Below the pieces are notes generated by a model that was not told where the DNA came from, did no database searches, and saw only the letters and a program-made list of their open reading frames with translations. Shown piece after piece: positions 29,736-37,933 of a stretch of 64,000 bases of DNA. The position numbers were made by a program, and so were the translations under genes. This stretch comes from an uncultured Lachnospiraceae bacterium (GTDB lineage: Bacteria; Bacillota; Clostridia; Lachnospirales; Lachnospiraceae). The stretch spans positions 14,894 to 78,893 of the forward strand of contig CAMBLG010000008.1 in the NCBI GenBank assembly GCA_945868435.1, in the 5' to 3' direction. Each line of letters opens with the position of its first letter. Positions within the stretch are counted from its first letter, which is position 1.

Positions 29736-31144
29736 AAGTTTTCCTCCTCTACCAGCGTCTTTGCCAACGCCATAACCTTGTTGCAGCATTCCTGATACTC
29801 ATTCTCCGGAATAGAGTCCGCTACAATTCCGGCGCCTGCCTGCAAATATACCTGATTTCCTTTCTTTACCATGGTTCGGATGGTAATACAGAAATCCATG
29901 TCGCCCGAAAAGTCGACATATCCGGTAGCACCACCGTAGAGTCCTCTCCGCACACTCTCCAGCTCATCAATGATCTCCATGGCACGAATCTTCGGAGCTC
30001 CACTTAAGGTTCCCGCCGGAAGGAAGGAGGATACCAGGTCTAATGGATGAAACTCGCCTTTTTTTCTGCCCTCCACCATAGATACAATGTGCATCACATG
30101 GGAATAATTCTGCACTTCCATGAACTGGGTAACCTTTACCGTTCCGAATTCTGCGATGCGTCCCATATCGTTTCTTGCCAGATCCACCAGCATGACATGC
30201 TCGGCGCGCTCCTTTTCATCCTGAAGCAGGTCATCCTTCAAAAGCGCATCTTCCTCCGCATCCACACCGCGTCTGCGTGTTCCTGCAATGGGACAGGTGA
30301 AAACGCGTTTTCCCTGCTGTTTTACGATCATCTCCGGCGAACTTCCGATCACCTCAAAGTCACCATAGTTGAAATAGTACAGATATGGGGATGGATTTAA
30401 CTCCCGCAATTGTTTATACAGGTCAAATCCCTTTTGCTGTGTCTCCACCGTCCAACGCTGCGATAATACGGTCTGGAAAATATGGCCTTCCCTTATGTAC
30501 TCCTTGATCTTCTCAACTTTTCCGGAATAATCCTCCAGTGTGTCGGATTTTTTGACGATCACGCCATCTCTTAAAACCTTCTGCGCGGAAGCCTTCACCG
30601 GCTTCCTCAGTGCCTGATCGATCAATTCCTGTGCTTCCTGCAGGCTCTCCTTTTTGCCTTCTTCGCTGTCCGCTCCCAGAATCACGGCTGTCAGGGTTTC
30701 CGCTTCATGATCCACCAGGATGAATTTTGTCATCAGCATCATCTGGATGGTATCAATTCCAATCTCATCGGGATTATTATCCGGCAGTACCTCCGCGTAC
30801 CGAACAAAATCATAGCCCAGATTTCCAACCAGTCCGCCGCTGAAGGAAAGCTCCTCGTTGTCCTTCACAATGTCAAACTCGCTGTAGTATTCCTTCAGGC
30901 GTTCCAGGGGATTGCCCTCCCGCACCTTTCGGCTTCCATCCTGCTTTGTGATAACCAGCGCATTGCCCTCGGATGTGATAATCTCCTCCGGCTCCTTTCC
31001 GAAAAATGTATAGCGGTCATAATTCTTGTCATAACTTTCCAGAAGAAAGCCCTTCTTTTCTCCCACCAGACTCTCATACATATCAGTGGAGGTCTCATTT
31101 ACAATACTGACCGTCTTCTTGTATACGCGCAATCTTCGTTTCAT
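29732..31144 (-). CDS. trpE: Anthranilate synthase component I
   Basis: LLES, NPSPY, SSPE, PIAGTR, EHVMLVDLARND, GTLSGAPK. Confidence 0.95.
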   Translation of the reverse strand: MKRRLRVYKKTVSIVNETSTDMYESLVGEKKGFLLESYDKNYDRYTFFGKEPEEIITSEGNALVITKQDGSRKVREGNPLERLKEYYSEFDIVKDNEELSFSGGLVGNLGYDFVRYAEVLPDNNPDEIGIDTIQMMLMTKFILVDHEAETLTAVILGADSEEGKKESLQEAQELIDQALRKPVKASAQKVLRDGVIVKKSDTLEDYSGKVEKIKEYIREGHIFQTVLSQRWTVETQQKGFDLYKQLRELNPSPYLYYFNYGDFEVIGSSPEMIVKQQGKRVFTCPIAGTRRRGVDAEEDALLKDDLLQDEKERAEHVMLVDLARNDMGRIAEFGTVKVTQFMEVQNYSHVMHIVSMVEGRKKGEFHPLDLVSSFLPAGTLSGAPKIRAMEIIDELESVRRGLYGGATGYVDFSGDMDFCITIRTMVKKGNQVYLQAGAGIVADSIPENEYQECCNKVMALAKTLVEEENL

Positions 31145-31165
31145 AATCTCATTCCCTTTCTTTTA

Positions 31166-31360
31166 GTTACTATTCACAGCCCTCCACCCACATGCGCACT
31201 CGTCGCCTCTTAGAGGCTCCAGTCCCGCTCCTTACGGAGCTAAGACTGCTTATGTGGGTGGAATTCCTGCTTCGCAGGCTCGATATGAATTCACAGACAG
31301 CCTCTTACATGCGAGCATGACGAGTCTGTCTGTGAATCCATATCGGCAGCGAATAGTAAT
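31166..31360. mobile_element. 195 bp structured MITE-like element between the T-box terminator and trpE
   Basis: GTTACTATTC / GAATAGTAAT ends, nested hairpins, and a conserved core shared with 61599-61795. Confidence 0.7.
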
Positions 31361-31369
31361 CTTTAAATC

Positions 31370-31740
31370 AAAATATCCCTGATACAGATTATTCTGCATC
31401 AGGGACGAATCATCGTGGTGCCACCCTTGTTCGTTGCGTGCGTCCTTGCGGAGCATTTTTGTCGTATAGGAGACGAAGTTTCCTATACGATAAGAAAGGC
31501 AGATACTTCCGCATCGGAAATATCTGCCACCAATCACGCAACCTCTTAGATACGGACAAGCTATACTCTCCATATCCGAACCCCTGTAACGTGGGGATAC
31601 GGCTCAGCTACTTAGGATTCCCCCTGTTCACCTCGCATCTAACGAATCCATTCCGGTCAAACTATCCCATCAGCTTCCACCAACCGCTGACTCTCTGTGC
31701 GGAATCACCTGCCGTACTTACCTTCGCTCAATGATTTTAT
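31370..31740 (-). ncRNA. Trp T-box riboswitch (transcription attenuator)
   Basis: AGAGA and GGTGGAA stem I distal motifs, specifier gaaTGGa (TGG at 31648-31650), T-box AAGGGTGGCACCACG, and terminator TCCCTGATGCAGA/TCTGTATCAGGGA-TATTTT; lies upstream of trpE. Confidence 0.93.
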
Positions 31741-31760
31741 GTTCTGTTTAATTGTGTATC

Positions 31761-31789
31761 AGTTTACCCTATTAACGTGAAAATGTCAA
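31761..31789 (-). promoter_or_regulatory. SigA promoter of the trp leader
   Basis: TTGACA-17 bp-TAAACT immediately upstream of the T-box. Confidence 0.75.
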
Positions 31790-31804
31790 CACCCAATTTT
31801 TATT

Positions 31805-32749
31805 TTATGCTTTTCCGTTGGCCAGCTCGCACAACTCTGCCAGCATCTTCGGCAGTTCCGTCTCCATGTTCTCATCAGAAAACTGGCAGGTTCCGACCTT
31901 TTTGTGTCCGCCACCGTTGTACTTGAGCATCAGACTTCCCACATTCACGTCAGAGGTCTTGTTAATGATGCTGTAGCCGACCGCCGCAGAGCAGCCCATA
32001 CCACCGCGTCCACTGACAATCCATGCAGAAATATTCTGCTCTGGATACATACTGTAGATCAGAAAACGGTTGCCGGTATAAATGGGATCCACACCGCGCA
32101 GATCCGAGATGATCACATTCCCCTCCACCCGGGTATACTTGGTAACCATCTCCTTGAACTTCTCCGTCTGCTCATTGTACACCTCAATGCGCTCCTGCAC
32201 ATCCGGCAAAGCCAGAATCTCCTCGGTGGACATGGTACGGCAGGCTTCCATCAGCTTCTCCATAAGCTGATAGTTGGAAATGGTAAACTTGCGCCATCTG
32301 CCCAGACCGGTTCTTGGATCCATCAAAAATCCCACCAGAATCCATCCTGTCGGATTCAGCACTTCATCCACCGTAAGATTTCCGGAATCCACCTTATCCA
32401 CAGCCTCCATCATATCGTCAAACTGTGGAAAACGCTCTCTGCCGCCATAATATTCATAAATGATTCTTGCACAGGACGGCGTAATACGACTCTCACCCTT
32501 ATACTTTCCCTCCAATGCCAGCCGCTCATGTTCGCTGGAATGATGATCGAACCATAAACCACAGCCCTCCACAAAAGGCACATTGGCCAGACAGTCATTC
32601 TCATCCACCTCTACCAGTCCATCCTGCAGATCCTTCGGATGTGCAAACCTCCAGCTGTCTATAATCCCAGCCTCCAGAAGCAATGCCCCACAGGCAAGCC
32701 CATCAAAATCAGAACGTGTTACTAATCGCACTTTGGTACCCTCCTTCAC
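31805..32749 (-). CDS. DHH-family phosphoesterase (exopolyphosphatase-like or nanoRNase-like)
   Basis: TRSDFDG, FDHH and GGGH motifs. Confidence 0.85.
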   Translation of the reverse strand: MKEGTKVRLVTRSDFDGLACGALLLEAGIIDSWRFAHPKDLQDGLVEVDENDCLANVPFVEGCGLWFDHHSSEHERLALEGKYKGESRITPSCARIIYEYYGGRERFPQFDDMMEAVDKVDSGNLTVDEVLNPTGWILVGFLMDPRTGLGRWRKFTISNYQLMEKLMEACRTMSTEEILALPDVQERIEVYNEQTEKFKEMVTKYTRVEGNVIISDLRGVDPIYTGNRFLIYSMYPEQNISAWIVSGRGGMGCSAAVGYSIINKTSDVNVGSLMLKYNGGGHKKVGTCQFSDENMETELPKMLAELCELANGKA

Positions 32750-32798
32750 CTTCTCATTCTGTACATTCTCTTATAGAAAAAGTGTACCATATTCTACG

Positions 32799-33575
32799 TC
32801 AAAGTCCAAGCTTTTTCTTCTGCTGATGACCGGTAATTCCAATGTACATATCCTGCGGCAAAAAGCGTCCAAGCGTGGTTGCTGCCTTCATGTAAAGGCT
32901 CGGCACAATCACCGTCTTGCGCCGCTTCATTCCTGTGATGGCAGCCTCCACACACGCCTCTGCCGTAATTCCCGGCAATGCGAAGGACACATGGGCCACA
33001 TCATTAAATTCCGTGTCCACCGGTCCCGGGCACAAGGCCCCGATGTACACCTTACTTCCCTGCTCCTTCAATTCTTTTGCAATCGCACGAGTCAGGCTTG
33101 CCACATAAGCCTTCGTCGCATAGTAAGTTGCCATATAGGGTCCTGCCGGAATCAGCCCCGCCGAGGATGCCACATTCAAAAGATACCCGCCACCCTGCTC
33201 CTGCATTTTCTTAAGCACCAGCTTGGTAAGCACATGCATGGCCCGCACGTTGACATCGATCATGTCCAATTCCCTGTTCAGATCCGTCTCCAAAAACGGA
33301 CCGCAGTCACCAAAGCCCGCATTGTTGACAAACACGCCTACGGAAAGCCCGGACAAACGCTCCATCAACCGGACACATTCCTCTTTCCTGGACAAATCTA
33401 CCACAAAAACAATGCTCTCGATGCCTTTTTCCCCAAGCTCTTGTGCCAATGCCTCCAGTCGTTCTCTCCTTCTTGCCACCAGCACCGGCCGATACCCTTC
33501 CGCCGCCAGTCTCCTTGCAAACTGCGCTCCAATGCCGGAGCTGGCACCGGTCACCACCGCATATGATTTTTTCAT
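32799..33575 (-). CDS. SDR-family oxidoreductase
   Basis: TGASSGIG, NNAG, YYATK (YxxxK), CPGPVDT. Confidence 0.92.
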   Translation of the reverse strand: MKKSYAVVTGASSGIGAQFARRLAAEGYRPVLVARRRERLEALAQELGEKGIESIVFVVDLSRKEECVRLMERLSGLSVGVFVNNAGFGDCGPFLETDLNRELDMIDVNVRAMHVLTKLVLKKMQEQGGGYLLNVASSAGLIPAGPYMATYYATKAYVASLTRAIAKELKEQGSKVYIGALCPGPVDTEFNDVAHVSFALPGITAEACVEAAITGMKRRKTVIVPSLYMKAATTLGRFLPQDMYIGITGHQQKKKLGL

Positions 33576-35927
33576 TTATTCTGTTTCCTCCACCTGTTCC
33601 ATAAAATAAATCCTTGATCCAAAATCCTGGAAATACCGGGTCTCGTCATTGTATCCGGTGCCCGCAAACGCCTGGTGGATCTTCACACCGGACATAAGGC
33701 TTCCTCCTGTGGCAGTGTAACACTCCGTCTCCCCGGGCATGGTCACAAATTTGGCAAGCACATTGTGTATGAGGGAATCCTGACGGATGTGAATCGGAGC
33801 CACCGTATTCACCAGGTCTCCAAATTCCTTTACATTATAACGCAGATTGCGATTGGTGAACACATATTTTTTCTCCGCATCAAGCCCTTTTGCACAGTAT
33901 TGGTCGAACTGGGAATTGGCCTGTACCAGCTCCTGCATGAGAAGTCCCACTGCCCGGGTCTGATCCTGTGACACACAGCTCCACTCATGAATATTGTCAC
34001 AACGGCCCCGGTAAAAACGCCCGGTCTGCAGTACCTCTCTCCATGCCTTGTAAACGATAATCTGGTTTTTGATTTCCTCCAGATCTTCCTTTTTCATGTC
34101 ACAGAGATTGCATTCGTATCCGAAGGAACCGAATGCCGCCACGTTAAATCTGGTGGAAAGAGGTGTCGTCCGCAGGGTCTGGTGATTCGGACATGCGGAC
34201 ACATGAGCGCTGACCGTATTCATGGGATATCCATAGCTGTATCCGGTCTGTCCCTTCACGCGGTACAGCGCATCCGTGTCATCACTGGCCCAGATTTGCG
34301 GGAAAAAGCACAGGATGCCCAGATCAAACCGATTGCCGCCGGAGGCACAGCCCTCAAAGAGAATTTTCGGAAAACGCTTCACCAGCTCTCCCATCACACG
34401 ATACAGTCCCATGATGTAGCGGTGCGCCACTTCCCCCTGGTGCGCCGCATCCAGATACGGGGAATAATAATCCGAGAAAATGCGGTTCATATCCCATTTC
34501 ACATAGGCGATGTTGGCACTGCCAAACACCTTTGTCATGGTCTCAATGATATAATCACACACCTCAGGATTAGCCAGATCCAAAATGCGTTGGTTTCGCC
34601 CCTCCGAATGAGGTTTTCCCGGAATTTCCATCACCCAGTCCGGATGCTCCCGGTACAGATTACTGTCCACATTGACCATCTCCGGCTCCACCCAGATGCC
34701 GAAATCCAGCCCAAGAGCATTGACTTTCTTACAAAGACCATCCAGTCCGTTGGGAAGCTTCTTCGGATTTACCTCCCAGTCACCCAGAGAGCGCCTGTCA
34801 TCATTCCGCTCTCCAAACCACCCGTCATCCATGACAAACAGCTCAATGCCCACATCCTTTCCGGCCTTGGCCAGGCGGAGCAGTTTTGTTTCACTGATAT
34901 CAAAGTAAGATGCCTCCCAGCTGTTTAGAAGCACCGGACGAAGCTTATCTCTCCATTCGCCCCGCACAACACACCGGCGCACAAAGTCATGCATATGCTG
35001 GCTCATTCCGTTAAACCCCTCATTGGAGCACGTCAGTACAGCCTCCGGGCTCTCAAAGGACTCTCCCGGCTCTATAAGGAAGCAAAAGGACTGCGGATTG
35101 ATTCCCGACACGAAACGGGTTTTGTCAAAAGAGCTGACCTCCACTGCCTCGTAATGATTGCCGCTGTATATCAGATTCATGCCATAGCATAGACCGGTAT
35201 CTTCATCCGTCTTTGCCTCTGAAATCATTACAAAAGGATTGGCGCGGCTTCCGGAGCTTCCGGTATAGGAAGAATTCACCAGCTTTCCGGCAGTCACCAC
35301 CGTATCATGCCGCATCATCTCCCGCGCCCAGCCACCGTTGAAGGTAGAAAACACAAATCCGCTTTTTTCAAAGTCCAGCTGCGCACTCATCAGCCGAAGA
35401 AGCCGGATGGTATCGCCGCTCATATTGATCAGCTTGGACCAGCGGGTAATGACATCCTGTGTCTCAAACACACAGTAGTGAAGCTCCAGTGTCAACTCAT
35501 AGGAAATATCCGTCAGGGTAACCACCAGTTCCTCTGTGCATCCGCTGTCATCATATGAGGACGGCAGCGTAAGGAGCGGTGTCTTTTCTGTCTTAATCTC
35601 TGCACTTTCATACCGAAAATCGCTGGTTCGGCTGCCATCTGCATGCACCACTTCCACAAACGGCTCCCGGATATCGCCTTTGCCGTAGGAAGACATCTCC
35701 AGCCGCATATCCTCCAGGGAATACTGCGGATGATCCTGGTCATAGATATTCGTATTTCCCGGCGCAAAGGCATGCTTTTCCCGAAGCACCTCCGCCTCCG
35801 CTTCCGATTCGATCACAATGCTCGGTCCATAATACAGATGCTCCAGTTGTCCTGTTGGCAGAAGACCAAAGCAGTATGTGGTATGCCCGGTATCCAATAC
35901 CCATATATTTCCCATCTGACAAATCAT
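33576..35927 (-). CDS. Alpha-galactosidase (GH36)
   Basis: NSWEA, FVMDDGWFG, FGIWVEPEMV, KWDMNR, CASGGNRFD, WASDDTD; start at ATG 35927 after GGAGGAG. Confidence 0.95.
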   Translation of the reverse strand: MICQMGNIWVLDTGHTTYCFGLLPTGQLEHLYYGPSIVIESEAEAEVLREKHAFAPGNTNIYDQDHPQYSLEDMRLEMSSYGKGDIREPFVEVVHADGSRTSDFRYESAEIKTEKTPLLTLPSSYDDSGCTEELVVTLTDISYELTLELHYCVFETQDVITRWSKLINMSGDTIRLLRLMSAQLDFEKSGFVFSTFNGGWAREMMRHDTVVTAGKLVNSSYTGSSGSRANPFVMISEAKTDEDTGLCYGMNLIYSGNHYEAVEVSSFDKTRFVSGINPQSFCFLIEPGESFESPEAVLTCSNEGFNGMSQHMHDFVRRCVVRGEWRDKLRPVLLNSWEASYFDISETKLLRLAKAGKDVGIELFVMDDGWFGERNDDRRSLGDWEVNPKKLPNGLDGLCKKVNALGLDFGIWVEPEMVNVDSNLYREHPDWVMEIPGKPHSEGRNQRILDLANPEVCDYIIETMTKVFGSANIAYVKWDMNRIFSDYYSPYLDAAHQGEVAHRYIMGLYRVMGELVKRFPKILFEGCASGGNRFDLGILCFFPQIWASDDTDALYRVKGQTGYSYGYPMNTVSAHVSACPNHQTLRTTPLSTRFNVAAFGSFGYECNLCDMKKEDLEEIKNQIIVYKAWREVLQTGRFYRGRCDNIHEWSCVSQDQTRAVGLLMQELVQANSQFDQYCAKGLDAEKKYVFTNRNLRYNVKEFGDLVNTVAPIHIRQDSLIHNVLAKFVTMPGETECYTATGGSLMSGVKIHQAFAGTGYNDETRYFQDFGSRIYFMEQVEETE

Positions 35928-35952
35928 ATCGTTCTCCTCCTCTGTCCTATTA

Positions 35953-36506
35953 TCTATGTGTTTGTGCCCCTCGCAGAACGAAGGAATGCATATCAATTTT
36001 GCGGCTTGCTCACAATCCTTCTACTCATGGATCCAGAATCACGACTTTGTTGCAGCATGGATTTCTCTTTTCTTATGATTCGTGTCCGCCATAGTCTCGA
36101 ACAATTTCCGCCGGATTGTTCGCCCAAGAGTGAGAACGGCTTAGAGTGATTCGCATTTGCCTTACATGGGCGCATGAACAAAATGTGCCGCCGCAGGGCA
36201 ACTGTTTGAGCAGCACAACATGGTGGCATATCGCTTTACTTGAAGCGAGTTTTGCCCAAGGCGGCTCATATCAACTTTGTGAAGGCGCCCATTTAGGCAA
36301 ATTCGAGGAACGGGTTAGCCTTCTCACTTGGGCGGACAACCGGCGGGAAATTGTCGACACGCATTTCGGACACGAACGTTCAGAAAAATCCATGCCGCTA
36401 ACAAAGTCAGCAATTCTGTCTAAATCGTTAGAAGGATTCGTGAGCAACCTCGCAAAAAAGACAATCGTTTTTTGCGTTCTGCGAGGAGCATCCTCAAACA
36501 CCTACA
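35953..36506. repeat. 554 bp rod-like imperfect palindrome filling the melB-GH36 intergenic region
   Basis: Collinear paired blocks 35969-35980/36475-36486, 36014-36023/36429-36438, 36079-36088/36367-36376 and 36166-36173/36285-36292; flanked by TATTA direct repeats. Confidence 0.9.
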
Positions 36507-36508
36507 TA

Positions 36509-37906
36509 TTACTTGCTACGGGTCCGAATCTGCGCATCGATTTCCTCCAGCTTCTCATCTGTCAGGAAATAATGTCTCTTGAACACCACAAATCCAATAA
36601 CCAGCACAACAATTGGCAGAATCGTCATACATCCCCGAAGCCCAATCCGCTGTCCGTCTGTGAGCACGGAAAGCACACCGGTCTCGTCCTTCTTGATGTG
36701 GAATACCGTCAGAACTATAGACGCCACAAGGGCAGAAAATCCGGATGCCAGCTTTACTACAAAGGTTTGCATGGAAAAGATCACCGACTCATCGCGGCGT
36801 CCGTTCTTCCACTCTCCATAGTCTACCGTATTGGCCAAAAACACTGTCACAATGACATTGAGCATTCCCACAGCAGCCATAATGAGGAATGCCGGGATCA
36901 AGAGCAGATATACATTCTGCGAGCCCGTGGCTGAAATGATCAGGATCATCACATATCCGGCCATTGCCATACCAAAGCTCACCGCAAACAGCTTCATCGA
37001 ATTCATGAACTTTCGAAGAAGCGGAAACAGAAGCATCATGGCAAGAATCTGAAAGACTCCGCCGCAGGTGTTAAACAGCGTGTAATTGCCCTCCCAATCA
37101 GCCGGACTGAAATCGTATTTGAAGAAGTAGATTAGAAGATTCTGGGTGATGTATAACGCCGTATTGATCATAACGATTGCAATCACCATCGTCATCGCCT
37201 GATCGTTCTGTATCAGTGCCTTAAACATATCCTTAACCGATGCCGACTCCATCTGAACGGAGGATTTTTCCTTGATGACCGTACAGGTGACGGTGATAAA
37301 TACCACAAAAGTAACGGCTACAATAAGAGCAACCAGACGGTATCCGATGCGCTCATAATCCGCATCGGTACCAAAAGCATGCCCCAGTGCACTGACTGCC
37401 ATAACCGTCACTATGGATATGATGGCGGAACCCACTCCCGCGCAGGATCTGGCCAGGGCAGAAAGTCCCTCCCGCTCTTTACCGGCCTCCGTGAATGCCG
37501 GAACCATGGACCAGTACGGAATATCCATCATGGTGTAGGTCACGCCCCAGAGAATATACGTCACCGCCGCATACGCAACCAATCCGTTACCGGAAAGACT
37601 TGGTGGAGCGGAAAACATCAGGAAAAGTACCACCGCATTGGTCAGTGTTCCAATCATAAGCCAGGGGCGGAATTTGCCCCATCTGGTTTTCGTCTTTGCC
37701 ACCAGAATCCCCATGACCGGATCATTGAACGCATCAAACACGCGTGCAACTGCCAGAATGATTCCCATGGCAATCGCACTGACCCCCATCACATCCTGAT
37801 AGTAATACAGAATATATGCTGCGGACAGCATGTACACCATATCCTTGCCTACCGCACCGATGCCGTAGGCAAACTTCTCTCCCCCGGATAATTTCTTTGT
37901 TTCCAT
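36509..37906 (-). CDS. melB: Glycoside-pentoside-hexuronide:cation symporter (MelB-like)
   Basis: AYGIGAVGKD, FDAFNDP, TRWGKFRPW, YTMMDIPYWS, VDYGEWK. Confidence 0.88.
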   Translation of the reverse strand: METKKLSGGEKFAYGIGAVGKDMVYMLSAAYILYYYQDVMGVSAIAMGIILAVARVFDAFNDPVMGILVAKTKTRWGKFRPWLMIGTLTNAVVLFLMFSAPPSLSGNGLVAYAAVTYILWGVTYTMMDIPYWSMVPAFTEAGKEREGLSALARSCAGVGSAIISIVTVMAVSALGHAFGTDADYERIGYRLVALIVAVTFVVFITVTCTVIKEKSSVQMESASVKDMFKALIQNDQAMTMVIAIVMINTALYITQNLLIYFFKYDFSPADWEGNYTLFNTCGGVFQILAMMLLFPLLRKFMNSMKLFAVSFGMAMAGYVMILIISATGSQNVYLLLIPAFLIMAAVGMLNVIVTVFLANTVDYGEWKNGRRDESVIFSMQTFVVKLASGFSALVASIVLTVFHIKKDETGVLSVLTDGQRIGLRGCMTILPIVVLVIGFVVFKRHYFLTDEKLEEIDAQIRTRSK

Positions 37907-37933
37907 ATATTACAGCCTCCTTATTGTTACCAG

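Noticed and set aside
31250-31734. ORFs over the trp leader, considered as leader peptides
   Set aside because: The region is explained by the T-box and the inserted element; no RBS and no Trp run.
36146-36934. 262 aa plus-strand ORF starting inside the long palindrome
   Set aside because: Mostly antisense to melB, no RBS and no recognisable motif; not a credible transposase.
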